From Polyangiaceae bacterium (GTDB lineage: Bacteria > Myxococcota_A > Polyangia > Polyangiales > Polyangiaceae), in NCBI GenBank assembly GCA_044224495.1, contig JBGAKG010000005.1:172711-236710 (forward strand): a stretch of 64,000 nt of DNA, in the 5' to 3' direction. A program made the translations under genes and the position numbers. Below the pieces are notes generated by a model. That model was given only the letters and a program-made list of their open reading frames with translations, was not told where the DNA came from and searched no databases. Position 1 is the first letter of the stretch. Each line of letters begins with the position of its first letter. Of this stretch, positions 40,009-50,135 are shown piece by piece.

Positions 40009-40485
40009 GTGTCACTCACCTACGCCGACCCGCACCGCGATTGCACGACCGCCCGCTGGCGCAACGGCCTCATCGTGATCTGGACCGGACAGGTGACCGT
40101 CAGCGCGCTCCAGAAGCTCGACGAGTTCGGGCAGACGATCGTGCCGGAGCACTTCCGCTACTACACCGTGTCCGTGAACCCGAACGGGCTCCCGTTCCCC
40201 GACGCGGAGGCGCGCGCGTTCGCGGGCAAGATCGTCAAGGAGCGCGAGAAGCACGTGCTCGTCGCGATCACCGTGCTCGAAGGCAGCGGCCTCTTCGCCA
40301 CCGCGGGGCGCGCGATCTTGAAGGCGATCTTCGCGCTGTCCGGCGGGCGCGCGAAGAACGTCGTGTGTCGCGACCTGCGCGAGGCGGCGCGCGAGCTCGC
40401 TCCGCTGGTCGAGCCGGCGGCCACCACGGCCGAGGTGCTCGAGCAGCTCGAGGCCGTGCGCCGGCACGCGACGCGGGGCGCTTGA
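40009..40485 (+). CDS. hypothetical protein (158 aa, GTG start)
   Basis: The protein-like composition is confined to the last 477 nt of a long antisense ORF. The start sits 4 bp from the divergent DUF4132 start, so one of the two starts is probably wrong. Confidence 0.35.
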   Translation: MSLTYADPHRDCTTARWRNGLIVIWTGQVTVSALQKLDEFGQTIVPEHFRYYTVSVNPNGLPFPDAEARAFAGKIVKEREKHVLVAITVLEGSGLFATAGRAILKAIFALSGGRAKNVVCRDLREAARELAPLVEPAATTAEVLEQLEAVRRHATRGA

Positions 40486-40554
40486 TCGGTTGATCTGCGT
40501 CAACCCGCGCGCACGAGGACCTGCGCCGGCGCGGGGGCGTGCGATACTCGAGCG

Positions 40555-42000
40555 ATGAGGGCCTTTCTTTTCGCGGGCGCGGCGGCGCTCGCCGCGATGG
40601 TTTCGTTCGTCCCGGATGCGCGCGCGTGCGGCGGTTGCTTCCACGAGCCGCCCAACCCGAACGAGACGCCGAGCTTGGTCGTCGATCATCGGATGGCGCT
40701 CTCCATCTCGAAGACCCAGACGATCCTCTGGGACCAGGTCCGCTACGCCGGCAATCCGGCCGAGTTCGCGTGGGTTCTCCCCGTGCGGCCGGGGACCGAC
40801 GTCGAGGTCGGGCGCGACGAGTTCCTGAGTGCACTCGAGTCTGCGACCGCACCGACGATCGCTCCGCCGATCGTGCAGTGCTACTACCCGCCGCCCCCGC
40901 AGCAGAGCGGCGGTGGGGGTGGGTTCGGCTGCGGCGCCTCGTCCGCGAGCGATTTCCCGACCAGCTTCGGCGGCGCCGATGCCGGCACCGCGTTCGACGC
41001 GAGTGCGCCGCTCAACGGGGTCGACGTCACCCAGAAGGTCGTCGGTCCCTACGAGACCGCGATCCTCCACTCGACGAGCGGACAGGCGATCTCCGACTGG
41101 CTCACGACGCACGGGTTCGTGATCCCGAGCTCGATCGATCCGATCATTGCATATTACACCAACCTCGGCCTCGACTTCGTCGCCGTGCGCCTTCGTCCCG
41201 ACGTCGGGATCCGCGCGATGCAGCCGATCCGGATCGTGTCGCCCGGCGCCGACGGAACGCTGCCGCTCCGCATGGTCTCGGCCGGCATCGGCGCGACGGT
41301 CGGGCTCGAGCTCTTCGTCGTGAGCGAAGGCCGCTACGAGGCGATGAACTTCGCCAACGCGCTCGTCGATCCCAAGTCGGTGAAGTGGGACGGTGCGAAC
41401 GCCCGCTCGAACTACTCCCAGACGTTCGATGCGCTCGCCCGGAGCAACCCGAACGGCACCTGGATCACGGAGTACGCCGGAGCCGCGTTCAACGCCGTCA
41501 GCGCCCGCTATCGGCAGGCCTGCGGGCAGCTCGGGTTCATCCCTCAGGCGTGCGCCTCCGATGGTGGCGTCTCCGATGGCGGCGTCTCCGAGGGCGGCGC
41601 CGACGGGGGGACCAAGGATGCGGGTGGATGCGTCGAGTACGTGTCCGCGTGCAAGGTCTTCGACGACGACCAGCGCGCGACCGATGGGATGTACCCGTCG
41701 CAGATCCAGGTAACGCGCCTCCGGACGAACCTCCCCGCCGCCGCGCTCGCCAACGACTTGAAGGTCGGTGCGGCGACGTCGCAGGCACCGGTCGCATCGC
41801 TCATCCAGACGACCGAGTTCACGGACTCGACCTGGAACCCGTGCCCCGGCGGCTCCACCACGCCCTACCCCGCTCAAGACCCCGGCGACGGCTGTGCTGC
41901 CTCGGGCGCGGGCGCGAACGGCGTGACGGTCGGCGGGCTCGGGGCGCTCGCGCTCGCAGCGCTCCTCCGTCGTCGCCGGCGCTTCAACGCGCGGCCGTGA
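40555..42000 (+). CDS. secreted protein with a MYXO-CTERM-like C-terminal sorting signal
   Basis: Signal peptide ending ...ARACGGCF. C-terminus DGCAASGAGANGVTVGGLGALALAALLRRRRRFNARP (conserved Cys, Gly-rich, TM helix, Arg cluster). Confidence 0.7.
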   Translation: MRAFLFAGAAALAAMVSFVPDARACGGCFHEPPNPNETPSLVVDHRMALSISKTQTILWDQVRYAGNPAEFAWVLPVRPGTDVEVGRDEFLSALESATAPTIAPPIVQCYYPPPPQQSGGGGGFGCGASSASDFPTSFGGADAGTAFDASAPLNGVDVTQKVVGPYETAILHSTSGQAISDWLTTHGFVIPSSIDPIIAYYTNLGLDFVAVRLRPDVGIRAMQPIRIVSPGADGTLPLRMVSAGIGATVGLELFVVSEGRYEAMNFANALVDPKSVKWDGANARSNYSQTFDALARSNPNGTWITEYAGAAFNAVSARYRQACGQLGFIPQACASDGGVSDGGVSEGGADGGTKDAGGCVEYVSACKVFDDDQRATDGMYPSQIQVTRLRTNLPAAALANDLKVGAATSQAPVASLIQTTEFTDSTWNPCPGGSTTPYPAQDPGDGCAASGAGANGVTVGGLGALALAALLRRRRRFNARP

Positions 42001-43033
42001 GCTTGCGCTGGGGGGCCATCCGCGCGTCGAGCCAGCGCGCGATCGCGGCGACGGCCTCGTCCTCCTTCAAGAGCAACGCGAAGTGCCCCGCGTCGAGCTC
42101 GACGTAGGTGCCCGCAGAGCGATGGGCATACGCCGCCACGATCGACGCAGAGACCATGGCGTCGCGCTTGCCCTGCACGCAGAGGACCGGGATCCCGGGC
42201 GCCGACGCGGCCGGAGACGCGCCGGAGATCGCCACGAAGCCCTCGAACGTCCCCTTCGCGAAGCGCGGGAGCAACAGGCTCGCCCCGATCCCGCCGTTCG
42301 AGAGGCCCGCGAGCACGAAGTGACGGACACCGCGCGCACGGAGGCGATCGACCACGTCGCGCAGGGTCGCTTCGCCGGCGTCGCTCCACCAGTCACCGAC
42401 CCACCGCGTCGACGGGCACACGGTCGCCATGCCCGCGCGCTGCGCCGCGAGGGAGACCTCCCAGCACGGCAGCGCGAAGCTCCCCGCGTAGCCGTGGAGG
42501 AAGACGACGACGCCGTCGGCGTGCTCGACGTCGCCGATCTCGATCTCGTCGTCCGCGGCCGGGCCCTGCAGGCCGAGGTACGTGGCGAGCACGGGCGACG
42601 GCGCATCACCCTCGGCGTGGCGCATGCGCGCGTACGCGTCGGACATCTTCTCCGGCAGCACCGCGATGTCCGGATCAGTCATGAAGTGCGTGAGGCGGAT
42701 CGTGCGCGCGGCCGAGACGGAGAGGTCCTCCTCGTCGACGAGGCGATCCACGACGCGCGGGCTGCCCCCACTTCCGGTGTGCATCGTCAGCGACTCGCCG
42801 CGTGCCGCCGTCGCCACGCGAACCGCCATCGTGAGCGCGATCGCGGCGGCGCTGCCGAGCGCGAGCCGCTTCGCCCACGGGCGCGCGCTCTTGGCGCCGG
42901 CGATCGTGAGGGCGAGGAGTGACAGTGCGTACGCGATACCGGACCACGTCCCCGGCGACGTCAGGACGAAGAGAAAGAACAGCGCTGCGGGGAGCGCGAG
43001 CACGCCGCACAGGAAACGCCCGAGGGTTCGCAT
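41984..43033 (-). CDS. membrane-anchored alpha/beta hydrolase
   Basis: Two N-terminal TM helices. GLSNGG nucleophile elbow. C-terminal Asp/His (DAGHFAL). Confidence 0.65.
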   Translation of the reverse strand: MRTLGRFLCGVLALPAALFFLFVLTSPGTWSGIAYALSLLALTIAGAKSARPWAKRLALGSAAAIALTMAVRVATAARGESLTMHTGSGGSPRVVDRLVDEEDLSVSAARTIRLTHFMTDPDIAVLPEKMSDAYARMRHAEGDAPSPVLATYLGLQGPAADDEIEIGDVEHADGVVVFLHGYAGSFALPCWEVSLAAQRAGMATVCPSTRWVGDWWSDAGEATLRDVVDRLRARGVRHFVLAGLSNGGIGASLLLPRFAKGTFEGFVAISGASPAASAPGIPVLCVQGKRDAMVSASIVAAYAHRSAGTYVELDAGHFALLLKEDEAVAAIARWLDARMAPQRKLTAAR

Positions 43034-43108
43034 GAGCCCAAGCTAAGCCGGCCCTCTCCTGCTTGCGGGCAGCGTCGGCGCGAGTGGTCGCGCGCCGACG
43101 GCGAGCGG

Positions 43109-43906
43109 TCAGGGGCACCGCTTTTCGGTCGGGACCGCGCGCAGGCCGCTGAGATCGACGGAGATCGTGACGCGGGTCTCGATCTCGGAGCCGTGGTCGC
43201 CGCACGTCGCTTCCACCAGCTCCACCGGGAGCTTGCCCTTCACCTTCTCCCAGTCGCCGGCGCGCTCGAGGACGAGCGGCTCGCCCGGCTTGTCGGCCGT
43301 CCCGAACGCGTGGAGCTTGGGGTTCCGCTTGTCGATCCCGAGGACCACGCTCTGGACGTGCCCGCACGCGGGCGCGGCCACCGGCAACACGAACTCGGTC
43401 GCGCGGCCGTCGTGATCGTAGTCGCCGAAGGCGATGAGCGGCGCGAGCTCTCGCGCTTGGAGGTCGGCGAGCGGCGGCGCCTTCAGCGCCTTCTGCTCGG
43501 CCGGCGTCGGCGCCCAGCGGCGCAGCTTCGCGTCGTGATCCTCGAAGAGCGGGTCGAGGTGCATCCGATCCTCGGGCTCGCCCGGGCGGCTCCGCACGAG
43601 ATCGAGATCGCCGACCTCACCGAAGCCGAACGGAGCGCACGGGCACGACGCGAGCGCCTCGTCGCCCATGCAGGTCGGCGCGGCCGGGCGGATCCACTCG
43701 AGGCGCCAGGTCTCCTTCACGCCGTCGATCTCGATCGTCTTCTCCTCGCGCAGGACCGCGGTCGACTCGGGGGCAGCTGCCTCGACCGGATCGGGCGCGG
43801 GCGGCGCCGAGGCCTCGACCGCGGCCGGAACCGGCGGGCGGTCCTTCGAGCAAGCGGCGAGGAGCACGAGCGCGAGGGCGACAGGACGAACGGAGCACCA
43901 GCCCAT
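43109..43906 (-). CDS. hypothetical lipoprotein
   Basis: Internal Met MGWCSVRPVALALVLLAACS lipobox. Cys pairs (CPCAPFGF, ACGH, TCGDHG). Confidence 0.55.
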   Translation of the reverse strand: MGWCSVRPVALALVLLAACSKDRPPVPAAVEASAPPAPDPVEAAAPESTAVLREEKTIEIDGVKETWRLEWIRPAAPTCMGDEALASCPCAPFGFGEVGDLDLVRSRPGEPEDRMHLDPLFEDHDAKLRRWAPTPAEQKALKAPPLADLQARELAPLIAFGDYDHDGRATEFVLPVAAPACGHVQSVVLGIDKRNPKLHAFGTADKPGEPLVLERAGDWEKVKGKLPVELVEATCGDHGSEIETRVTISVDLSGLRAVPTEKRCP

Positions 43907-43955
43907 CGGGCGCGAGCATAGCGCGCGCGGGACGCGGGGGAAGCGCGCTGCTACG

Positions 43956-44453
43956 ATGTCGCCGTCCGTGGCCAAGAAGCTCTCCCTCCCCCTCTTCGAC
44001 GACATCACCCGCGCCGCCGGAGCGGCTCCGACGCTCGCCCGGGCGCGCCAGAAGCTCGGCGGCACCGGCACGACCGACGCGCGGGCGGGCACCCCGGTCC
44101 GCGACGGGACGGGGGCGATCGGGATCGTCCTCTATGCGGCGGGCGACGAGCTGGACGTGCTCGTCGGGAGCGGCGGCGTCGTCCGCCGCAGCACCGTCGC
44201 CCAGTGGTCCACCGTCGAGGCGGTCCCGAGCGAGCTCAGCACGGTCGCCGACTCCGTCGCGCGCTTCGCCCGGCTCCGCGAGGGCGATCGGGTAGGCTTC
44301 ACCCTCCCCGCGAGCCGCGGGAGCAACCGCGGCGAGGGCCTGCTGTTCGAGAAGTGTCGCTACGGGGCGCTCGTCGCGCGCGACGATCGCTCGATCGTCG
44401 CGGTCGGGTACAAGAGCCTCGCCGCCGTGCCGATGGAGAGTCGACTGTCGTGA
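43956..44453 (+). CDS. hypothetical protein (165 aa)
   Basis: Protein-like composition. Its stop overlaps the ygiQ-like GTG start (GTGA). Confidence 0.45.
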   Translation: MSPSVAKKLSLPLFDDITRAAGAAPTLARARQKLGGTGTTDARAGTPVRDGTGAIGIVLYAAGDELDVLVGSGGVVRRSTVAQWSTVEAVPSELSTVADSVARFARLREGDRVGFTLPASRGSNRGEGLLFEKCRYGALVARDDRSIVAVGYKSLAAVPMESRLS

Positions 44454-46405
44454 GCGCGGTCACCCAACTTCGAAGGTCTGCCCAGGGCGGAGCCGCCTGG
44501 GATCGCAAGGCGTTCCTGCCGACCACGCGCGAGGAGATGGAGGCGCGCGGCTGGGACCAGCTCGACGTCCTCATCGTGACGGGCGACGCCTACGTCGATC
44601 ACCCGGCGTTCGGCCCGATCCTGGTCGCGCGCTTCCTCGAAGGCCGCGGCTTCAAGGTCGGCGTCATCGCCCAACCGCGGTGGGACTCGCCCGAGGATCT
44701 CCAGCGCCTCGGCACGCCGCGCCTCTTCGTCGGCGTGAGCGCGGGCAACCTGGACTCGATGCTCAACAAGCTCACCGCGCAGAAGAAGATGCGCGGCGAA
44801 GATCAGTACTCGCCGGCGGGCAAGACGGAGATGCGCCCGAACCGCGCGAGCATCGTCTATTCGAACCTCTGTCGGCAGGCGTTCCCGGGAGTACCGATCG
44901 TGCTCGGCGGGATCGAGGCGTCGCTCCGCCGGATCGCGCACTACGACTACTGGAGCGATCAAGTCCGCCGCAGCGTTCTCCTCGACGCGAAGGCGGATCT
45001 CCTCGTCTTCGGCATGGGCGAGCACGCGGCGTGGGAGATCGCGCGCCGGCTCGCGGCGGGCGAGCGCGTCTCGGCGCTCGGCGACGTGCGCGGCACCGCC
45101 CACGCGCTCAAGAACAAGGCGGCGTGGGAGCCCATCCTCGCGCGCGAGAGCCGCTTCACGACCGACGGCGGCGTGGTCGTCCTCCCCTCGTACGACGAGG
45201 TCGCGAAGGACAAGAAGGCGTTCGCGAAGATGTCGCGGATGTTCCAGTACGAGACGAACGCCCACAACGGGCGCCCGCTCTTGCAGGTCCACGGCAACGA
45301 AGCCGTCTACTTCAACCCGCCGGGGCTGCCGCTCGTCGAGGCGGAGATGGACGCGCTCTACGACCTGCCCTTCCAGCGCCGGCCCCACCCGATCTACGGC
45401 GGCGAGCGCATCCCCGCGTACGAGACGGTGAAGGACTCGATCGTCACGATGCGCGGCTGCTTCGGTGGCTGCACGTTCTGCTCGATCACGGAGCACGAGG
45501 GCCGCATCATCCAGAGCCGGAGCGAGGACAGCGTGCTGCGCGAGGTCCGGCGCTTGACCCGGATGGAGGGCTTCCGCGGGGTTCTGTCGGACGTCGGCGG
45601 TCCGACCGCCAACATGTACAAGATGCGGTGCAAGGACGAGACGACCGAGCACGCGTGCCGGCGCCTCTCCTGCGTGCACCCGGGCATCTGCGAGAACTTG
45701 GTGACGGACCACGCCCCGCTCGTCTCGCTCCTGAAGAAGGTGCGCTCGGAGAAGGGCATCAAGAAGGTCTTCGTCGCGAGCGGCGTGCGGTACGACCTCG
45801 CCGAGCGCAGCCCCGAGTTCATCCGCGAGCTCGCCGAGCACCACACCGGCGGCCAGCTCTCCGTCGCGCCGGAGCATACCGATCCGGACGTGCTCTCGAA
45901 GATGAAGAAGCCCCCCGTCGACAGCTACGAGCGCTTCGCGCAGGCGTTCTGCCAGGCGAGCGACGACGCGGGGAAGGAGCAGTACCTCGTCCCCTACTTC
46001 ATCAGCGGTCACCCAGGCTCGACGTTGAAGGACACCGTCGCGCTCGCGCTGTGGCTCAAGGAGCGCGGGATGCGGCCGCGCCAGATCCAGGACTTCATCC
46101 CGACGCCGATGGCGATGGCGACGACGATGTACTGGACCGGCATCGACCCGTTCACCGGGAACGACGTGTATACTGCACGTGATTTGCGCGAGAAGAAGAT
46201 GATGAAGGCCCTGCTCTTCTACTGGGACGAGCAGCACTGGCCCCTCGCGCGCGAGGCGCTCCGGAAGGCCGGGCGGGCGGACCTGATCGGTCGCGGTGCC
46301 CATTGCCTCGTGCCGCCCGAGTGGGCCGAGGGGGGTCGCGGCGCGCGCGGCATGGGCGAGCGCGGGCCCGCGCGCGGGCGCACGGGGCCCAGCCGGCGGC
46401 GCTGA
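44450..46405 (+). CDS. ygiQ: YgiQ-family (UPF0313) radical SAM protein
   Basis: N-terminus [34 protein letters not shown] closely matches the YgiQ family. CxxxCxxC cluster [12 protein letters not shown]. 651 aa. Confidence 0.88.
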   Translation: MSAVTQLRRSAQGGAAWDRKAFLPTTREEMEARGWDQLDVLIVTGDAYVDHPAFGPILVARFLEGRGFKVGVIAQPRWDSPEDLQRLGTPRLFVGVSAGNLDSMLNKLTAQKKMRGEDQYSPAGKTEMRPNRASIVYSNLCRQAFPGVPIVLGGIEASLRRIAHYDYWSDQVRRSVLLDAKADLLVFGMGEHAAWEIARRLAAGERVSALGDVRGTAHALKNKAAWEPILARESRFTTDGGVVVLPSYDEVAKDKKAFAKMSRMFQYETNAHNGRPLLQVHGNEAVYFNPPGLPLVEAEMDALYDLPFQRRPHPIYGGERIPAYETVKDSIVTMRGCFGGCTFCSITEHEGRIIQSRSEDSVLREVRRLTRMEGFRGVLSDVGGPTANMYKMRCKDETTEHACRRLSCVHPGICENLVTDHAPLVSLLKKVRSEKGIKKVFVASGVRYDLAERSPEFIRELAEHHTGGQLSVAPEHTDPDVLSKMKKPPVDSYERFAQAFCQASDDAGKEQYLVPYFISGHPGSTLKDTVALALWLKERGMRPRQIQDFIPTPMAMATTMYWTGIDPFTGNDVYTARDLREKKMMKALLFYWDEQHWPLAREALRKAGRADLIGRGAHCLVPPEWAEGGRGARGMGERGPARGRTGPSRRR

Positions 46406-46457
46406 GCTCGCCGAGCACGCCGGACGGGCGTGGTGGGCGCGTGGTACGCTGCGTCCG

Positions 46458-47117
46458 ATGCAAGGCAACGGCTACCCGCCCGGCGGCTATCCCCCTGGTG
46501 CACCTCCGCCGCAAGGCTACGGTCAACCGCAACAGCCGCAGGGCTACGGCCAACCGCAACAGCCGCAGGGCTACGGTCAGCCGCAACAGCCGCAAGGCTA
46601 CGGCCAACCGCAACAGCCGCAGGGCTACGGTCAACCGCAACAGCCGCAGGGCTACGGTCAACCGCAGCAAGGCTACGGTCAGCCGCAATCGCCGCAGGGC
46701 TACGGCCAGCCGCAGCAAGGCTACGGTCAGCCGCAATCGCCGCAGGGCTACGGCCAGCCGCAGCAAGGCTACGGCCAGCCCCCTCCGGGGTATGGTCCGC
46801 AGGCCTACGGCCAAGCGCCGCCCTACGGCTACGGCGGCGCGCCGATGGCCCCCTACGCGGGCGGCGGCATGATGCCTGGCGCTTGGAGCGGCTTCGGCTG
46901 CCCGCGCTGCGGGAGCCAGCACGTCTACCAGCCGAGCTTCACGTGGTGGGGTGGGATGATCGGCCCGAAGATCCTGAACCACACCGTCTGCAACGGGTGC
47001 GGGTTCGGTTACAACGGGAAGACGGGCTCGAGCAACGCGACGGGCATCGGCATCTACATCGGCGTCGTGCTGCTACTCGTCTTCCTCTTGATGGGTCTCC
47101 GCATCGCCGCTGGCTGA
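46458..47117 (+). CDS. low-complexity repeat protein (QGYGQPQQP)n with a C-terminal zinc-ribbon and a TM helix
   Basis: About 12 Q-G-Y-G-Q-P repeats. CPRCGS...CNGCGF Cys4. Terminal [20 protein letters not shown]. Confidence 0.6.
   Translation: MQGNGYPPGGYPPGAPPPQGYGQPQQPQGYGQPQQPQGYGQPQQPQGYGQPQQPQGYGQPQQPQGYGQPQQGYGQPQSPQGYGQPQQGYGQPQSPQGYGQPQQGYGQPPPGYGPQAYGQAPPYGYGGAPMAPYAGGGMMPGAWSGFGCPRCGSQHVYQPSFTWWGGMIGPKILNHTVCNGCGFGYNGKTGSSNATGIGIYIGVVLLLVFLLMGLRIAAG
46511..46790 (+). repeat. 27-nt tandem repeat (cagggctacggtcaaccgcaacagccg-like, about 9 to 10 copies)
   Basis: Directly visible near-identical 27-mers. Later copies lose 9 nt. Confidence 0.8.
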
Positions 47118-47738
47118 CGCGCTCGGCAGCACGGCCAAGAGCCGCCGCCACAGCTCGTCCCGCCCGGCGCCCGTCTCGGCGCTGAAGCCGACGACGCGAA
47201 CGCCCGCGTTGCGACTGAGCGCCGCGAGCTCCGGCTTCTGCTTCGAGCCCGGCAGCTTGTCGAGCTTCGTCGCGACGACCACGAGCGGCTTGTCGGTCTG
47301 CTCCCAGAACTCGATGAGCTCGCGATCGTCGTCCTCGATCCCGCGCCGCACGTCGACGAGCAGCACCAGCGCCGCGAGCGCTTCGCGCTTCAGGAGGTAG
47401 CCCTCGATCATCGGGCCCCACGATTCTTTCTCGCCCTTCGAGCGCGATGCGAACCCGTAGCCCGGCAGGTCGGTGACGACGAGCGAGCGCACCTCGCCCT
47501 TCACCTTGAGCTTCGCCTCGAAGAGGTTCAGCTGGCGCGTGCAACCCGGCGTGCGGCTCGTGCGGACCAGCTTCTTTCGCGCCAGGAGCGCGTTGAGCAG
47601 GCTCGACTTGCCGACGTTCGAGCGCCCCGCGAAGGCAATCTCGGGGAGCGTGGCCTCGGGCAGCCCGCGTGCCTGGGTCGCCGCCGCAAGGAACGCAGCG
47701 TGCGTGACGAGGTGGAGCGGAGTGGCGGCGGCCGACAT
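47073..47738 (-). CDS. engB: ribosome biogenesis GTP-binding protein YihA/EngB
   Basis: G1 [15 protein letters not shown]3 DLPGYG. G4 TKLDK. 221 aa. 3' end overlaps the convergent repeat-protein gene by 45 nt. Confidence 0.8.
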   Translation of the reverse strand: MSAAATPLHLVTHAAFLAAATQARGLPEATLPEIAFAGRSNVGKSSLLNALLARKKLVRTSRTPGCTRQLNLFEAKLKVKGEVRSLVVTDLPGYGFASRSKGEKESWGPMIEGYLLKREALAALVLLVDVRRGIEDDDRELIEFWEQTDKPLVVVATKLDKLPGSKQKPELAALSRNAGVRVVGFSAETGAGRDELWRRLLAVLPSASASGDAETHQEEDE

Positions 47739-47764
47739 GGCGGGGTTGATAGCACTCTTTCCGC

Positions 47765-49297
47765 TCAGTTCACCTGCCGCGTTCGCCCCTCCCAGTAGGG
47801 CGCGCGGAGGAGGAACTTCTGCAGCTTGCCGGTCGCCGTCCGGACGAGCTCCGGCCGCAGCTCGATCGAGGTGGGACACTTGTAGTGTGCAAGGTTCGCG
47901 CGACAGTGGGCGATGAGCTCCACCTCGGTCGCGGTCGCCCCCGCCCGGAGCACCACGAGCGCCTTCACCGTCTCGCCCCACTTCTCGTGGGGGACGCCGA
48001 TCACGGCGACCTCGGCGACGGAGGGATGATGGGCGAGGCAGTCCTCGACCTCGATCGACGACACGTTCTCGCCGCCGCTGATGATGACGTCCTTCTTGCG
48101 ATCCGAGATGGAGAGGTAGCCTTCGTCGTCGAGCACGCCACCGTCGCCGGTGTGGAACCACCCGTCCTGGAGCGCCGTCGCCGTCGCTGTGTCGTCCTGC
48201 CAGTAGCGATCGAGGACGACGTTCGAGCGCGCGAGGATCTCGCCGTGCTCGTCCACCTCGACCTCGACACCGACGACGGGCGCCCCCGCGCGGCCGAGCC
48301 GCTGCGCGCGCTCGGCCGGCGAAAGCGCGTCCGTCTCGGCGCGACCGCGGTTCATCGTCAGGAGCGGCGAGGTCTCGGTCAGGCCGTAGATCTGGAGGAA
48401 CTCCCAGCCGAGCTCGGTCTCGACGCGCTCGATCGTCTTCGTCGGCGGCGGCGCACCGGCGACGACGATGCGGGTCTTCCCGCGCCCCGGGATCGGTCCT
48501 TTCCACGTGGCCGCCGCGTCGAGGACCGCCGCGACGACGGCCGGCGCGCCGCAGATCAACGTGACGCCGTGCGCTTCGACGCGCCGGAGGAGCTCGGCCC
48601 CGTCGACCTTGCGCAAGACGACCTGCTTCACGCCCATCGCCGCGGTCGTGAACGGCATCCCCCACCCGTTCGCGTGAAACGTCGGGAGCACGTGCAGGTA
48701 GACGTCGCGATCGGACACGCTCGCGTGCCAGCCGAACGTGGTCGCGTTGACCCAGAGGTTGCGGTGGGTGAGGCAGACGCCCTTCGGCCGCGCGGTGGTT
48801 CCGCTCGTGTAGTTCAGCGTCGCGACGTCGCCCTCGTCGAGCTCGACTGCGCGCGCGGAGCCTGGGTGAAGGAAGAGCGCGGCGTCCGCGCGCTCGTCGA
48901 GCGGGAACCGGTGCTCGCACTTCACGGCCTCGAGGCTCTCGTCGAGCTCCGGATCGACGAGCAGCACGCGCGCGCCGGAGTGGCCGGCGATGTACTCGAC
49001 CTCGTGCGGGTGCAGGCGGAAGTTGATCGGAACGAGAATCCGTCCGGCGGCCGTCACGCCGTGGAGGGCGGCGACGAAGCGCGCGGCGTTCTGGGACACG
49101 ATCGCGACGCGCTCGCCGGGACCGACGCCGAGCGCATCGAGCCCGGCGCCGACGGCCGCCGCTCGCGTGGCGAGCTCGCGGTAGGTGATCGGACCCCACG
49201 CGCCGGGGCGACCGGGCTCGTCGACGAGAGCGATGCGATCGCCGTGAACGAGCGCACCGCGGCGCAGGAAGTCACGGGTGGTCAGCGGGACGTGCAT
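47765..49297 (-). CDS. AMP-dependent acyl-CoA synthetase/ligase
   Basis: YTSGTTARPKGV AMP-binding motif. GLTET. Hinge SDRKKDVIISGGENV. Start at the internal Met MHVPLTTRDF. The upstream part of the long ORF is Arg-rich junk. Confidence 0.85.
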   Translation of the reverse strand: MHVPLTTRDFLRRGALVHGDRIALVDEPGRPGAWGPITYRELATRAAAVGAGLDALGVGPGERVAIVSQNAARFVAALHGVTAAGRILVPINFRLHPHEVEYIAGHSGARVLLVDPELDESLEAVKCEHRFPLDERADAALFLHPGSARAVELDEGDVATLNYTSGTTARPKGVCLTHRNLWVNATTFGWHASVSDRDVYLHVLPTFHANGWGMPFTTAAMGVKQVVLRKVDGAELLRRVEAHGVTLICGAPAVVAAVLDAAATWKGPIPGRGKTRIVVAGAPPPTKTIERVETELGWEFLQIYGLTETSPLLTMNRGRAETDALSPAERAQRLGRAGAPVVGVEVEVDEHGEILARSNVVLDRYWQDDTATATALQDGWFHTGDGGVLDDEGYLSISDRKKDVIISGGENVSSIEVEDCLAHHPSVAEVAVIGVPHEKWGETVKALVVLRAGATATEVELIAHCRANLAHYKCPTSIELRPELVRTATGKLQKFLLRAPYWEGRTRQVN

Positions 49298-49320
49298 GGC
49301 CCGCAGCGTAGACGCGAACG

Positions 49321-50040
49321 TCAGGCTTCGTCGATCGCGGCGAGGCGCTCGATGGCGTCGGGCGCCGCGATTCGGAACCCCGCTTCCTCGGTCAGGATGA
49401 CCCCCGTCTTGTGCCAGCGGCTCAGGACGCGCGTCGCCGACTCGGGCGTCGTCCCGACGAGGGACGCGAGGTCGGAGCGCGACAGCGCGAGCGGGACCAT
49501 CACGTCTCCATCGTCCAGCTCGTCGCCGAAGCGCTCCGCGAGGTGGAGGAAGAGCGTCGCGAGTCGGTTCTCCACCTGCCCGGCACCGAGGATCCGGATG
49601 GTGCTCTGCAACGCGAGGTTGTGCTCGGCGAGCGACTGGTTGATCGCGTGAGCGATCGTCGTGTCGCGGAGCATGGCTTCGAGCAGCGCCCCCCGCTCGA
49701 TCCACAGGAGCTCCGCGAGCTCCGTGGCGACGACGGCGTCCGCCGGGTACGGGCGCCCGCGCACGACCGCCGCGTCACCGACGCTCTCGTGGGGACCGAA
49801 GATGCCGAGGATCGACGCGCGCCCGCTGCGGAGCGGCGCGGCGACCTTCACGACGCCGCTCGCGATCACCGAGAGCTCGCGCGCTTCGTCGCCGGCGCGC
49901 CAGAGGAGCTCGCCGCGCGCATGCCGACTCCGTCGGCTCGAACGTCCCAGCTCGGCGAGCGACGAGGCCTCGAGCGCCCCGAACACGCGCGAGACTCGGA
50001 GGATCTTCTGCGCACTCTCCACCCGTCCATCCGACACCAT
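49321..50040 (-). CDS. Crp/Fnr-family transcriptional regulator
   Basis: cNMP-binding-like beta-roll, then HTH LSRSDLASLVGTTPESATRVLSRW. Start ambiguous (Met at 50076, 50052 or 50040). Confidence 0.75.
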   Translation of the reverse strand: MVSDGRVESAQKILRVSRVFGALEASSLAELGRSSRRSRHARGELLWRAGDEARELSVIASGVVKVAAPLRSGRASILGIFGPHESVGDAAVVRGRPYPADAVVATELAELLWIERGALLEAMLRDTTIAHAINQSLAEHNLALQSTIRILGAGQVENRLATLFLHLAERFGDELDDGDVMVPLALSRSDLASLVGTTPESATRVLSRWHKTGVILTEEAGFRIAAPDAIERLAAIDEA

Positions 50041-50135
50041 GCTCCTCTTCATGCCGTCGCACGCAGGATTGTGCACTGACGCACGTCATCGCCCCCTTCG
50101 AAGGTGCACGGCACGCTGACGGTGGAGGTTCCGCC

